A DNA stretch of 64,000 bases from Octopus sinensis (GCF_006345805.1 NC_042997.1:30070001-30134000), one strand, 5' to 3'. Shown: positions 13,600 through 26,399, counted from the first letter of the stretch. The notes: generated by a model from the letters alone, not told the origin. Translations and numbers: made by a program.

Positions 13600-14168
13600 T
13601 ATCTATATATATACACGAAAACGTATGCGCATACACACGCATACACACGCTCACACGGACACGCTTATCAAGGTTGCCTATAAATAAACGTTGCTTATTT
13701 AAGCTTAAATTATTGTGATTGTTAAATATCGTTAGAATTATATCAATCTTTGTCTATTGCAGTCACCCCAATTGATGTAGGGTACTTATACGTTATGTCA
13801 GGGATTTGTAATGTTACATCCCAGCGATATACGTAAATGTGCTTAATTGATGTTTAGTGTAGAATGCGACCAAATAATTATGGAGACAGTAAAACAATAT
13901 AGAAAGCAATACAGAAAATGAGAGATTAAGTATCCGGCTTAAAATAGTAAACGGGTAGATTTTATTGAGGTTGGTACCCCAAAATGGCCAAAACCAATAT
14001 GTGAACCAATATATATATTGAACTTTATATCCGAGCTGGCATAATTTACCATAAACTGTCTGGCAAAAATGAACTATACGACCTACGCTGGTGCTTCCAG
14101 TAATGTTACGAATTGCCCGTTAAAGTCAACCAATACTTGATGAGGTTTAATACTTGGCCGCGATTTTG
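12791..14168. repeat. Long inverted duplication (~550-bp arms) centred on a ~270-bp (TA)n tract
   Basis: CAAAATCGCGGCCAAGTATT at 12791 is the reverse complement of the sequence ending at 14168; arms 12791-~13345 and ~13609-14168. Confidence 0.95.
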
Positions 14169-14893
14169 TATTTCAAGAAAAGTCTTGTCATATGTTGCTT
14201 GTGTTTTGTCCGGCAGTAGAACGAAAGCTCGAGGATAAGATCTGCCATTTATGATAGCATGAATGGTGAAAAGCCGGTACCATGCACTTGGTGATGATTT
14301 GAATGTGTCATCCATTCCTAAAAATGAGTTGCTTTCCAGTTGTTGAAGACCTTTGAGGCAAAGATTAAAATCCTATTTTCATCATTACTGCCCGAGTCGC
14401 ATTGTAGGAACGAATCATCGCCTTCCAAGTATTTAAAAGAATCAGGCACTTGAAATCCAGTTCGATGAAGACGCAACGGAGGAGCACCAAAACCTCTATT
14501 GCCCCACTTTGTAATGCTTCTACAAACTGTTTGCAACCGTGGTAATTCATATTTCGCATTCTCACCAATATTATTTGTAGTTCCTGAAACGAGCACTCGA
14601 GTATTTGTCGCAACTCCATCTTGCAACTTTTTTGTTAATGCTGAAATGGCGAATCGTGCTTCCACTGTATTCGTGATCACTGGTTCGTGATCATGACTAT
14701 TGATTGTTGAAATAATTATAGGTTCAGCTGGTTTATTATCTGTATGTACACGAACACGACATGTATTGCGAATCTCACAGCGTCACAGTTTCCTTGTCTC
14801 ATCGGAACTAAACTTATGAAAGTCGTAAACAAAATTATCTTCATCAAACCATTTGTCTTTGTTTTTCTCACTTTTAGAATATTTTGCAGCCAT
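13990..14893 (-). mobile_element. Decayed FLYWCH + MULE (Mutator-like) transposase
   Basis: From ATG at 14893: ...NFVYDFHK...L*RCEIRNTCRVRVHT...SHDH (FLYWCH-like); MDDTFKSSPSAWYRLFTIH...FVLLPDKTQATY (MULE D-G-T-F region); HFCQTVYGKLCQLGYK (CxxH region). Stops and frameshifts present. Confidence 0.85.
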
Positions 14894-15559
14894 ATTAGGG
14901 TTTCTTAAAATTGGAAATAATTGTCAAATCTTATGAACTTGTCTGAACTATCATTTCTAGGCCATATATTATGAAAGCTTATCTGAAACTGCATGAACAT
15001 TACCATGAATGGTAGAAAATATCTAGCATTGTCTTTTGTCAATTACTATATTACATTTGCTGACTTAGTATTGCAGATAAATTTTACGTAAGACAATAAT
15101 GCAGTTCTCAGAATTACTGTCCTTAGATATGGTTTTCCAAGGAAAATAATTTATTATCTCAAACAGTTTCTTGGCATTCATAATATAGCAACATCAAGAC
15201 AGTTGTTATTTGCAACACTCTCCCAACTAAAAGAATATTAGCTGTAACATATAATTTCACACCAAGAAAACTGCAAGAGCGATAGAAAACATATAGGCAC
15301 ACACACACCACACACATGTATGTATGTATATATATATATATATATATATATTTATAATCAACGAAAAAGTATGATTCATCACCATGCCTGTGAAATTTGC
15401 GGTTCCATTAGATAGCTGGCTAAAGACAACAAATAATAATTGTTTCTTATATAAGCACAAGTCTTGAGAATTTATAAACTAAGATAATAGCATATTGTGA
15501 CTTGTTAGCGTTTCGAAATGCTTTAGATACTGGATGAAGTGACAAGGGAATTACTCTAA

Positions 15560-16123
15560 TAATTTCATAGAGCAAAGTTACATGCGAAAGGAACTCTAAA
15601 ACATATGCTGTATTTAAAAAAAAATTTTCTACTAAGAACGGATTATAAAATGTGAGGTTAAATCTATGTTGATTCTTGTAGATGGAATAGAAGTATTTTG
15701 GCATTTTGGTCTTCTACTTCATGGAAATTATTATGATCGAAAGGATATTTAAAATGTTTTATCAGAGCTCATAAATATTATAGGATCGTAAGATTAGAAG
15801 CCACTTGTCAATATTACAGTAGCTATCACAAGCCTCCGGCAATAAACTATGCGAGGACTTATGCCATAGACGTATCTTTGTTGAATGGTGGTATGAGATT
15901 TGTTCTTTAATGTTATCATTACAAAGTCCGTTGCTTTATATTTTACCTCACGTCTCAAAATGAAAGTGAATGAGGTAATACATACTGTAAAAGAATTGTA
16001 AATGTACGTTCTATGTATAATGTCTTGCATGTGAAACACTTGGATAAACGATGCGCTATACGTGCCAACTTTTCACAGTCTCATCGGAACTAAACTTATG
16101 AAAGTCGTAAACAAAATTATCTT
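15560..16123 (-). mobile_element. Second, more decayed MULE-related fragment cut off by a SINE
   Basis: 46-bp identity (GTCTCATCGGAACTAAACTTATG...AAAATTATCTT) between ~16078-16123 and ~14796-14841; remainder only weakly transposase-like. Confidence 0.4.
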
Positions 16124-16640
16124 ACGTTCTGAGTTCAAATTCCGCCGAGGTCGACTTTGCCTTTCATCCTTTCGGGGTCGATTAAATAAGTACCAGTTAC
16201 GCACTGGGGTTGATAGAATCGACTTAATCTGTTTGTCTGTCCTTGTTTGTCCTCTCTATGTTTAGCCCCTTGTGGGTAGTAAAGAAATAGTTATTTCGTC
16301 TGCCGTTACGTTCTGAGTTCAAATTCCGCCGAGGTCGACTTTGCCTTTCATCCTTTCGGGGTCGATTAAATAAGTACCAGTTACGCACTGGGGTTGATAG
16401 AATCGACTTAATCCGTTTGTCTGTCCTTGTTTGTCCTCTCTTTGTTTAGCCCCTTGTGGGTAGTAAAGAAATAAGTATTTCGTCTGTCTGTGCGTTCTGA
16501 GATCAAATTCCGCCGAGGTCGACTTTGCCTTTTATCCTTTCGGGTTCGATAAATTAAGTGCCAGTTGTATACTGGAGTCGATCTAGTCGACCGGCACTCC
16601 CTCAAAATTTTGGGCCTTGTACCCAGAATAGAGAAGAGTA
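16124..16640 (+). mobile_element. Tandem trimer of headless SINE B units (two with tail A, last with tail B)
   Basis: Units joined at AAAGAAATAG/TTATTTCGTCTG and AAAGAAATAAG/TATTTCGTCTG. Confidence 0.85.
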
Positions 16641-16841
16641 TATCTATTTGCTGCAATTCCATCTTCGGCTTTTGAAAGCCGTACTTTCAGACACCCAGTG
16701 TGATATAAAAGTGATGCTTATTGCATCCACTTCTCTGCTCCTGCAATCCAATCCATCTCCAGTTAATCTTGGATCTAAAATGTATACATAATCCTGTTAC
16801 AATCCGCATAATCTATGTGTGCGTGGTGTGATGTGTGTTGC

Positions 16842-16896
<55 letters not shown>

Positions 16897-17524
16897 TGTG
16901 TGTCTGTGTGTGTGTACGTGCAGTGTCTGTGATGTCTAATAAGATGAGAGATATCTGGAGCATGCTTGTATGTGTTGTATGTTTGTGTGCTGCGCGCTAT
17001 GTTGTTATGCACATGTGTCACTCTGTTTGCGTGAACTTGGTTGTGGAATGGTTACTGTTTTGTTTTTGTTGCTGTTTTCGTTTTCTTTCATTTTTTTCAG
17101 TTTATATGCCATGCATGCCTTAGAAATGGGTATCTAACTGTACAGATTTTTCTTTTTAGGTTGCGTGTGGTGTGAGTGCATATATGTGATAAGGAAGCCG
17201 GACTTGATACTTAGTAATATTACGTGCCATCTATAGATTTAGATAAGATGTGTGGACGTGTGTAGAAAAAAAGGAAAGTAGCGTGAAGGAAAACGAATAA
17301 AATAAGCGCATGGAAAGAAAAGGCAAAAAACGTGATAGAATAAATACAATAGAAGAAATAAATTTTTGACAGTAATGGAAACCTTGAGAGAATTTTAGAA
17401 CATATATAGAAAGCATACAGAATCGTTGAATAATGTGAGAATGTTCAATACTTCGTTAAACTAGTAGAGCATACCCAGAAACTTCGTCTACGTATGGTGT
17501 TTAATAGTTAGCTGTATATAATAT

Positions 17525-17750
17525 TTCCTTATTGCCTACAGAGGGTTAAACATAGAGGGGGCCAAACAACGACAGACAAGGTGTTTAAGTCGATTACATC
17601 GACCCCAATGCGTAACTGGTACTTATTTAATCGAACTCGAGATGAATTGCAAAGTCGACCTCGGCGGAATTTGAACTCAGAACGTAACAGCAGACGAAAT
17701 ACCGTTAAGCATTTCGCCCCGCGTGCTGACGATTCTGCCAGCTTGCCGCC
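17525..17750 (-). mobile_element. SINE family B, diverged copy
   Basis: Head, core and tail A recognisable. Confidence 0.8.
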
Positions 17751-17764
17751 TTTTCAAAATAGAT

Positions 17765-18230
17765 ATACTGGCGTACCACTTTAGAAAGGCCCTAGACAAG
17801 CTTAAGCTAAGAATTAAGGTTGTAGAAAGGCCAAGTAACACTATCAAATCCCTAATCAGTAGAACCTACCATTTTAATAGAACCCCCTGTACTGATAAGA
17901 ACTGTATTGTATGTAGATTTAGCCCGCAGAGGGGCAGTGCAGAACTAAGAAAACAACGTACGTAGGAGAGATAGCTGGGAGCAGAGGAGTGCGGGTAAAT
18001 GAGCATTGAAGAGAACTTAAGGAAGAGAAGAGCTCATTGGTTCTATACCAGCACGCCGAGTGGGAACACGGTGACTCACTCAACAACATAGAAGTTAGAA
18101 TTTTGTCCATCACAGAACGGACGCAACACTTAGACAAATTACGGAAGCTACACACATAATAGAAAATAAACCTGGCCTAAATAGAAAACTAGAATGGAAC
18201 ACTAGTACACACGCCCCACACACTAAAACC
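17765..18230 (+). mobile_element. Penelope-like element C-terminal linker + GIY-YIG endonuclease relic
   Basis: Peptides RIKVVERPSNTIKSLI...PCTDKNCIVC; YVGEIAGSRGVRVNEH; QHAEWEHG; EATHIIENKPGLNRKLEW match the PLE GIY-YIG pattern (YVGE-x-R-x2-EH ... E-x3-I-x3-P-x-LN). Confidence 0.85.
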
Positions 18231-18608
18231 TATGACAGTGTAAGATCCCCGTAAACTAATAATAATATGAAACTAATACAATAGACAGATAGATAAATGG
18301 AATTAAATAATTATATACATAAACAAAAATAATAAATTAAATTAAATTAAATTAATACAATAAAGAAAGAAATGAAAAAGTAAGTAGATAAAAACAAATG
18401 AATAAAATAAGTAAAAGTAAATTAAATGAACGTGAATTAACAAGGGATATTGATAATGCAAGTATCATAAACATTCCCACACACACACTTACTAAACATA
18501 GACACACTCAGGGATATACGCATGCGCAAATAAAAACTCATACAATAGGAATACAAAATAGCAGATTGTTAGGAAGAAGGGATACAAAAAAAGTGGGAAG
18601 AAAGCAAA

Positions 18609-18654
18609 GGACCACTGATGAGGTCAACGGATGTGTGACGAAAGAACTCTGGCC
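18609..18654 (+). ncRNA. Candidate minimal type I hammerhead ribozyme
   Basis: GG-A-CCA CTGATGA G GTCA(9 nt)TGAC GAAA G-AA-C T C TGGCC: intact core, 4-bp stem II, 2-bp stem III, CUC site, stem I CCA/TGG + GG/CC. Confidence 0.55.
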
Positions 18655-18832
18655 GAAATACAATTTATATAAAATAAAGGTGAAGCCAGTGAGCACCAGA
18701 TATATAATGCGTGTGTTTTCATTGGCTAAAATGGCAACATTGACCATCCTCAAATACAACAAAATCCGTTTCACCACACGAATTCACATCGACAACGTTG
18801 CAAAGCGAATATATATATATAGATATATATAT

Positions 18833-18876
<44 letters not shown>

Positions 18877-18985
18877 TGTATGTAAGTATGTATGTATGTA
18901 TGTATGTATGTATGTATGTATGTATTATATATATATGTATGTATGTATATATGTATATATATATGTATATATATATATATATATA

Positions 18986-19036
<51 letters not shown>

Positions 19037-19187
19037 CATACATACATACATTATATCAGCATGGTGGTATCTCGTAGATACCCTTAATTATAATTTTAAT
19101 TTTCATAATAATTATTACCTTTGAAGGTTTTTATTTCCATCCTGGCCACTTGATAAGATCGTTATTCATTTAAATTAACGATCTGAT

Positions 19188-19284
<97 letters not shown>

Positions 19285-19342
19285 ACATGTATGTATGTAT
19301 ATATTCAAATACGTATATTTCAGTGTGCCTCCATATATCATA

Positions 19343-19386
<44 letters not shown>

Positions 19387-19939
19387 TATATATGTGTGTG
19401 TGTGTGTGTTGTGTGTGTGTGTGTGCGTGTGTGTGTGTGTGTGTGTGCGCGTGTGTATACTAGCTAACGTACCCAGTAATTGTCGGGAGCTGAGTTTATC
19501 CCTTGGTTCCATTCTCATAAATATTTCACTAATCCAATAACCACAATACACACTATGTAGCCCTTAAGACGGTTTTTGTGCATTTACAGAGAATACCGCC
19601 CTGTCTTACACAGGATATAGTTTTTAGGAATTCCCATTACCGTATGAATACCCAAATTGTGAATTCAGTTATGTAATAACAGGCTAAACAGATATGAGAT
19701 AATAACAATTCAAAGTAAATAGCTCTGAAAAGGGCTTCTGTGTTTCCCAGAGAATATTACCCTCAGGGGCACTAATGTTGGTATATTCGTGAATCACTAA
19801 CCGAGATAAGTGGATCTATTGTTTAGGAAAATACTATTTACTTGTTTAAGGGTTGTACTGTAAAAATTGCGAAACTAAGTCTAACAGTTCAAATACTAAG
19901 AAATAAGCATACTCAATTTCATTTTTATCAAATAATTTA

Positions 19940-20160
19940 GGAAATGTAATGGATTGTTTCCCTTGGCTATATATAAGGATCCCTTCCAGGGGCCCTATTA
20001 TCGATTCGTTTTTCAACAATCTGAGTATGTCATTAGGTTTTCAGACATGAGCTCTATTCACGTATCAAGTTTCATCAAGCTCGTTAAGACTACGTAGGAG
20101 GCGTTAGCTAACAACTCCACAAACACACCCACAGACAGAATTTACCTCATATGTTGTAGA
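19940..20160 (+). mobile_element. Possible non-autonomous Helitron/Helentron-like 3' end
   Basis: CAAGTTTCATCAAG...CACAGACAGAATTT...TAGA ending resembles common invertebrate non-autonomous rolling-circle repeats; recalled similarity only. Confidence 0.25.
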
Positions 20161-20604
20161 GAGAGAAAGGAGAGAGAGAGAGAGAGAGAGAGAGGGATAG
20201 ACAGAAAGTCAGAAAGAGAGATAGAGAGAGTTAATAAAAGTAAAATGTGAAATAGTGAAAACAAGGACAAGAACAGCAAGAATAAAATACAACAGAGAGG
20301 AAGAGCTATAACCTAATTTACGAATTGATTACCAAGAATAAGGTGGGGATTGTTGGTGAAGATGGAGTGGGTAGCTAAGTGTGTTGATATTACAATTGAT
20401 TATTTTCACTGATAGGTTTCCAGACTTAAAATGTAAAATGTAAAATGTAAAAAATCTTTGACGCCTTTTTTAACGCTCAAAAAGTTAAAATGATCTTTTA
20501 GGAGTTATACAGAACATATAAACAATTTATATACATCACATCGGAGACAGGGAATTTAGTTTAACGACAGGGGAAGAACCAGCAGTAGCAGCAATTGTAT
20601 TAGT

Positions 20605-20662
20605 GGTGTCGGTGGTGGTGGTGGTGGTGGTCGTCGTCGTCGTCGTGGTGGTGGTGGTGGTG

Positions 20663-20730
<68 letters not shown>
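20605..20730 (+). repeat. (GGT)n/(CGT)n/(AGT)n microsatellite
   Basis: Directly visible. Confidence 0.95.
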
Positions 20731-20744
20731 TGTGTATTGATGTT

Positions 20745-20905
20745 AAAATTTGGCACAAGGCCAGCATGTTTGGCTGGTACTCTTTTCTTTTTCCGACCCC
20801 TTAAGAACGAAAGGCAAAGTCGATTCCAGCGGCGTTAGAACTCAGAACGTGAATTCGGAAGAATGGGCCGCTAAGCATTTGTTTCGGCGCGGTGACAATT
20901 CTGTC
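20745..20905 (-). mobile_element. Degenerate SINE B (tail B type)
   Basis: CGACCCC...GAAAGGCAAAGTCGA...GAACTCAGAACGT...GCTAAGCATTT recognisable. Confidence 0.6.
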
Positions 20906-21264
20906 AACATTAGTAGTAGTGTATATTAACATTCGTAAATAATGAAATAAATGTATATAATTCCGGGACACGATTGTGTTTCTGGAAACTGGATATTTCC
21001 ACAGTGCAAAGTGGACCATTCTCAGCCGGGAGATAAGAAAAATTTCAATTCTTCTTCTGCATCTTACTTAAACAGCCGAGCTAGGAAAATCCCGAATAGA
21101 TTTGGTATGCCCTCATTTGCTTGATCCATGTTTCTGCCATTATCAATTTACCTAAATATATACACGCATGGCAGCAAGATCGTAAACAACATGATGTGAA
21201 AAATAGGCTGAAATTACACCAGTTTATGTATGTATAGAATAAGTTACGGGGACGTAAGTCATGG

Positions 21265-22490
21265 AAGGGATAGACAGAGGGAAATTTATCACATTCCTTG
21301 AAGAAAACGACTTGCTGATACCCTGTATGGTTTTCGACCAGGTAGGAGCTACCTCACCCAGCCCTTGCATCACTATGACTGAGTGTCGAGACAGTTACTC
21401 AGCAACTCAAATGTGGACGTAATATACCTTGACTTTGCAAACGTTTTAGATAAAGTGGATCATGGTACGATGTGCCACAAGTTGCGTGATCTCGGCATAG
21501 CTGGAAAACTTGGAGAGTAGTCACATGACTTTCTGAAAGAGAGAAGTCAACAGTAGTGGCCAACGCAGCCGATACGAAAGTCTCGCAAAAAATACAGCGA
21601 TGTTGCACACCTGCTGCAGGTGTTGGACTCAATTTATAGATGGACTGAGGACAATAATATGCAGTTTAATGCTGAAAAATTCGAAGCCCTGCGATACCAG
21701 CGTCCAAAACTGAATATAAAACTTACAGGGTAGTACACTGGTCCACAGGGGATTACAATACCAGAGCTTAAATCAGTGAGGGACCTGGGTATCGACATGA
21801 GTGATGATACCTTTTTCCAAGTGCACATTACCAGGATGGCGACAAAGTGCAGACGACTGGCTGGAAGGATCCTGAGAATGTTCAGGACCAGAGAGAAGGA
21901 ATCTATGATGGTCCTCTGGAGGACATTCATCCTTAGTCGCCTGGATTACTGCTCCCAGCTATAGTCACCCAACAGGGCAAAGTTAGCAGCGGACCTTGAA
22001 GCAATCCAGCGAAGCTTCACAAAGAAAATCGTCTCGTTGCAACATCTCAGCTACTGGGACATGCTGAAACAGTTAAGACTCTACTCCTGGAGCGAAGGAT
22101 TGTACCAAATTATGACATTGAAAGTTACACAAATGCCAGAACGGGTCGACACAGCACAGTGCCAAAGATCCCCAGGATACCATCGCGTTTCAGAACCTCT
22201 TACTGCCGTAGCCTTGGTTTCAGGGGTCCACAGCTTTTTTATATTCCCCCCAAATAGCCTGAGAGACCTACACAAAGTGGATGTAGGTGTTTTCAAATCA
22301 AAACTGAACTCCTTCCTGTCAAGAGACCCAGATGAACCTACCTCGCGGCAAGAGGTGAAGAGGTGAAATGAGGGAAGTGACATCAAATTCCCTTGTTCAC
22401 CAAATACCACGTATTAGAGGAGGCTCTTAATAATAGCAGTGTTGCAAAACGGCGGTGCCTCAGCATGGCCACATCTTTGAGCTGAAATTC
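21265..22490 (+). mobile_element. CR1/L2-group LINE relic: RT domain, C-terminus and 3' UTR
   Basis: Peptides YGFRPGRSYLTQ, VDVIYLDFA, DKVDHG, DTKVSQKI, WTEDNNMQFNAEKFE, VRDLGIDMSDD, ILSRLDYCSQL, LEAIQRSFTK, LSYWDMLKQLRLYS; stops and frameshifts; related 3' copy at 63458-63790. Confidence 0.9.
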
Positions 22491-22607
22491 TATATATATA
22501 TATAGAATTAAGAGATAGAACCTCCATAAGGTAATTCAATTAATACTGAAAGATATTATATAAATTTAAATATATTATTATTAACGTTGTACTAAAAATT
22601 TCTACAC

Positions 22608-22650
<43 letters not shown>

Positions 22651-22651
<1 letters not shown>

Positions 22652-22815
22652 GACGGGCTTCTTTCAGTTTCCGTCTACCAAATCTACTCACAAGGTTTTG
22701 GTCTGCCCGAGGCTAGTGTAGAAGACACTTGCCCAAGATGTCATGCAGCAGGGCTGAACCCGGAACTATGTGGTTGTGAAGCAAGGTTCTTACAAAACAG
22801 CCACGCCTACGCCTA
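22651..22815 (-). mobile_element. SINE family C, 5' half only
   Basis: Matches head and CORE-like part of 24101-24270. Confidence 0.8.
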
Positions 22816-23322
22816 TAAGAACATGAGCATCCTATCTTCCAAATTTGTTCGTGGGCATCTGTAGTTGTATCGAACCAAGATGTTTCTGCTTTTCTCAATA
22901 TAGTCTTTTACTAACTAGGAATGGAGACAAAGTGTTAATGTAAAATTTTTATTTCCTTTATTCTTTTAGAATTTAATCTACTCATCCTCTGGCTTTCAGT
23001 CAACCAGTACACTTTTCCTTTCCTTTTTTTTTTTGTTTTGCTTGTTTTTGTTTGTTTTTCGGTGGGGGGTAATCCGTAGCTGTTTTTTTTTTTATAATTC
23101 ATCCAGAGCCCGAATATTAATTCGACCAACCGTGACGTTCTTGCATTCCAAGAGAATATCGCGTCTTGGGGCCGGATTGAACTCTTTAATTTGGTCCCAT
23201 AATGTCGATTTCGTGTGGCTGAAAATACCTCTTTCAATATAACGCTAAAGGATTTCTCGTAATTCTAACCCTGTCACTCCTTTTCACGACTTTTTGTAGG
23301 AATAGAAGTTAGAAAACTAGGC

Positions 23323-23397
23323 AAGAAGAAGAAGAAGAAGAAGGGGAAAGAAGGAGAAGAAGAAGAAGAAGAAGAAGAAGAAGAAGAAGAAGAAGAA

Positions 23398-23468
<71 letters not shown>

Positions 23469-23500
23469 CGACGACGACGACGACGACGATGGTGATGATG
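23323..23500 (+). repeat. (GAA)n/(GAT)n/(GAC)n microsatellite
   Basis: Directly visible. Confidence 0.95.
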
Positions 23501-23970
23501 ATGATTGATGATGATAACAGCTACAACAACAACAAATATGACCCAGCTAAAGAGCAAAAGGAATCAAAGGATATCGGTGTCAGTGATAGCAATCAGTTCA
23601 GAATTACCACCCAATGCTCCCACAGGTCACTTAAATAAGAGCAAAGGATATATTTGGAAAGCCTTAAATGGCAACACAGATACGGAGTTTGACACGAACA
23701 AAAGCCATTTAAGGTGCCCTTATTTCGTAATACTGACATCTAAGTATTATGTTAATGTAAAAAACCGTGCTGCAACGATTATCAAACCAATTAATCAAAT
23801 TCTATAAAAAGCTGTGTGGAGTGAGGCCCAATGGGATTGAAAGCATCCATGATAAAATGATGTCTGAATTAGTAATGATGATTCTTGATAATTACTTAGA
23901 ATTTAATGATGGTTGATAATATCAGGCTGTATTGCGATACATAATAAAACAGAGATATGCATTGATTGGC

Positions 23971-24043
<73 letters not shown>

Positions 24044-24100
24044 TATATATATTATATATATATATATTATATATATAATATATATATATGATCATCATCA

Positions 24101-24300
24101 TAGGCGCAGGAGTGGCTGTGTGGTAGGTAGCTTGTTTACCAACCACATGGTTCCGGGTTCAGTCCCACTGCGTAGCACCTTGGGCAAATGTCTTCTACTA
24201 TAGCCTCGGGCTGACCAAAGTCTTGTGAGTGGATTTGGTAGACGGAAACTGAAAGAAGCTCGTCGTATATATGTAAATATATAATATATATATAATATAT

Positions 24301-24331
<31 letters not shown>

Positions 24332-24543
24332 GCGTGTGCGTGTTTGTGTCTGTGTTTGTCCTCCTAGCATTGCTTGACAACCGATGCTGGTGTTTTATGT
24401 CCCCGTTACTTAGCGGTTTGGCAAAAGAGACCGATAGAATAAGTACTGGGCTTACAAAAGAATAAGTCCCGGGGTCGAGTTGCTCGATTAAAGGCGGTGC
24501 TCCAGCATGGCCGCAGTCAAATGACTGAAACAAGTAAAAGAAG
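24101..24543 (+). mobile_element. SINE family C, full length
   Basis: TAGGCGCAGGAGTGGCTGTGTGG head, GGTTCAGTCCC B-box-like motif, CORE-like CCTTGGGCAAATG, internal (TA)n/(TG)n, tail ending GAAACAAGTAAAAG. Confidence 0.9.
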
Positions 24544-24561
24544 AAAAGAAAGAAAAGAAAA

Positions 24562-24646
<85 letters not shown>

Positions 24647-24667
24647 AAGACAGACAGACAGACAGAC

Positions 24668-24732
<65 letters not shown>

Positions 24733-24762
24733 TGTAGGGAGGTTTGTAGATAGATAGATAAG

Positions 24763-24910
24763 TTTCTTTATTGCCCACACAGGGCTGCACACAGATGGGA
24801 CAAGTTACAAGGTAGAGCTTTTCTTTTGGGTGATGAAAAAACAAAAAAACAAAAAACAAAAGAAACAAAAAAAGGTGGCGTAGGTTTTCGATCAAAAGGG
24901 ATCGTAAAAG
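24763..24910 (-). mobile_element. Probable LINE 3' end (T-rich UTR, AATAAA) embedded in (GATA)n
   Basis: Minus strand ...CCTTGTAACTTGTCCCATCTGTGTGCAGCCCTGTGTGGGCAATAAAGAAA then (CTAT)n; similar to SINE B tail A. Confidence 0.45.
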
Positions 24911-24917
24911 GATAGAT

Positions 24918-24960
<43 letters not shown>

Positions 24961-25072
24961 GAGAGGAGAGAGAGAGAGAGATACATAGATAGATAAATAG
25001 ATAGATAAATAGATATGTAGGTAGGTAGGTAGGTAGGTAGGTAGATAGATCTACCTATCTGTACAAATAATG

Positions 25073-25262
25073 TTGTACAGGAAGAACAAAGTTTGATCGA
25101 TATGGTGTTTAATGCTCCAGGAGAGGAAGGACAAAGTCCTAACGTTTCAGGGGGAAGTCTTTCGTTAGAAGAAAGAGAAATAGCGGGCGCAATGAAGTTA
25201 AGAGAAGCTGGGGAGGTATACGATTTGAGACAGAGAGACGATAATGTTCTATGGAAAAAAGG
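25073..25262 (-). mobile_element. ~190-bp dispersed repeat with a degenerate hammerhead-like motif (copy 1)
   Basis: Homologous to 33451-33643; both abut (GATA)n; core reads CTAACGA (mutated). Confidence 0.65.
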
Positions 25263-25275
25263 TATATATATATAT

Positions 25276-25338
<63 letters not shown>

Positions 25339-26399
25339 TGTGACAAATTAATGGCCTCGGACGTAGAGTAGAAATAGGAAGCTCTTGTTTGATGTATAAT
25401 GATTACGTTACTTTTCTTATCGGACTTCGCACTATATTATGATCAAAAGAAATGAAGAACCGACCAACCAAATATTGTTATTATTAAGAATAATGACGAC
25501 GATAGAAGAATTTTGATTAATATGGCATATCATTCAAGTAATAAATATTCTGAGAAGAAAATAAAAGAAACAAACAAACTAACTAACAAAAAATAATAGT
25601 TTGGAATGTAGGAATAATACTGGTTCGTACTGGCGTTGAAAACATTATGTTCTTCTTGATAATAATTTGGTGAAGCATGAGAAATAAAAATTAATGCCTT
25701 CGTGGGCCAACCCCCATTACTGTACCCATGTGGTGAGTGATACTCAGTTTGCATTTCCGTAAGTCGATGTCTACGAGCAGATCGAGGATAGAAAGTTTTA
25801 TATATCTACGAAGACGGAAAAAATTCCTGGAAAAAAATATAGGCATTGTGGCAATAAATTTATCCTATCGAACTATTATAAATAGATGCCTTTCTAGACA
25901 CTTCATGTGCTAAAAAACATTTGCTTGCTTCATCTTCTTTACATTAAGCACACTTCAGTTCAGGATTTCGTGATTAAAAATGCGAAAGGTCCCTCACCCC
26001 AAAATACAGGGTTCACATCATTCAAAAGTATTTACATGAATATTGCCGTGCAGATATTGTAACTACTCAAAGAAAGAATCTCTCAAATTCTAATTAAATA
26101 TACTGGCGTCTTCTGAATCCGTTAACTTAAATCTAAGTAGAACATAATCCCCCATGGTGCCAATCTGTAGAGAGTTTATTTGCACCAATTATGTTTCCTA
26201 TTCTTTGCTAAGGTCAATGTGCTGTTCTAGTAATAGGATGGAAACTTATTTCAATATTAGCGTTTAAGACGATACGCTATCAACTCAGAAATATAGTTAT
26301 AGTAAAGCAGTTAGTTTAAATAGTTAAAAATAAATGCATTATCTTACTTTCAACAACATATGTAATCCGCTCCAATATGCAGTTTAGTACCGTATCCAA

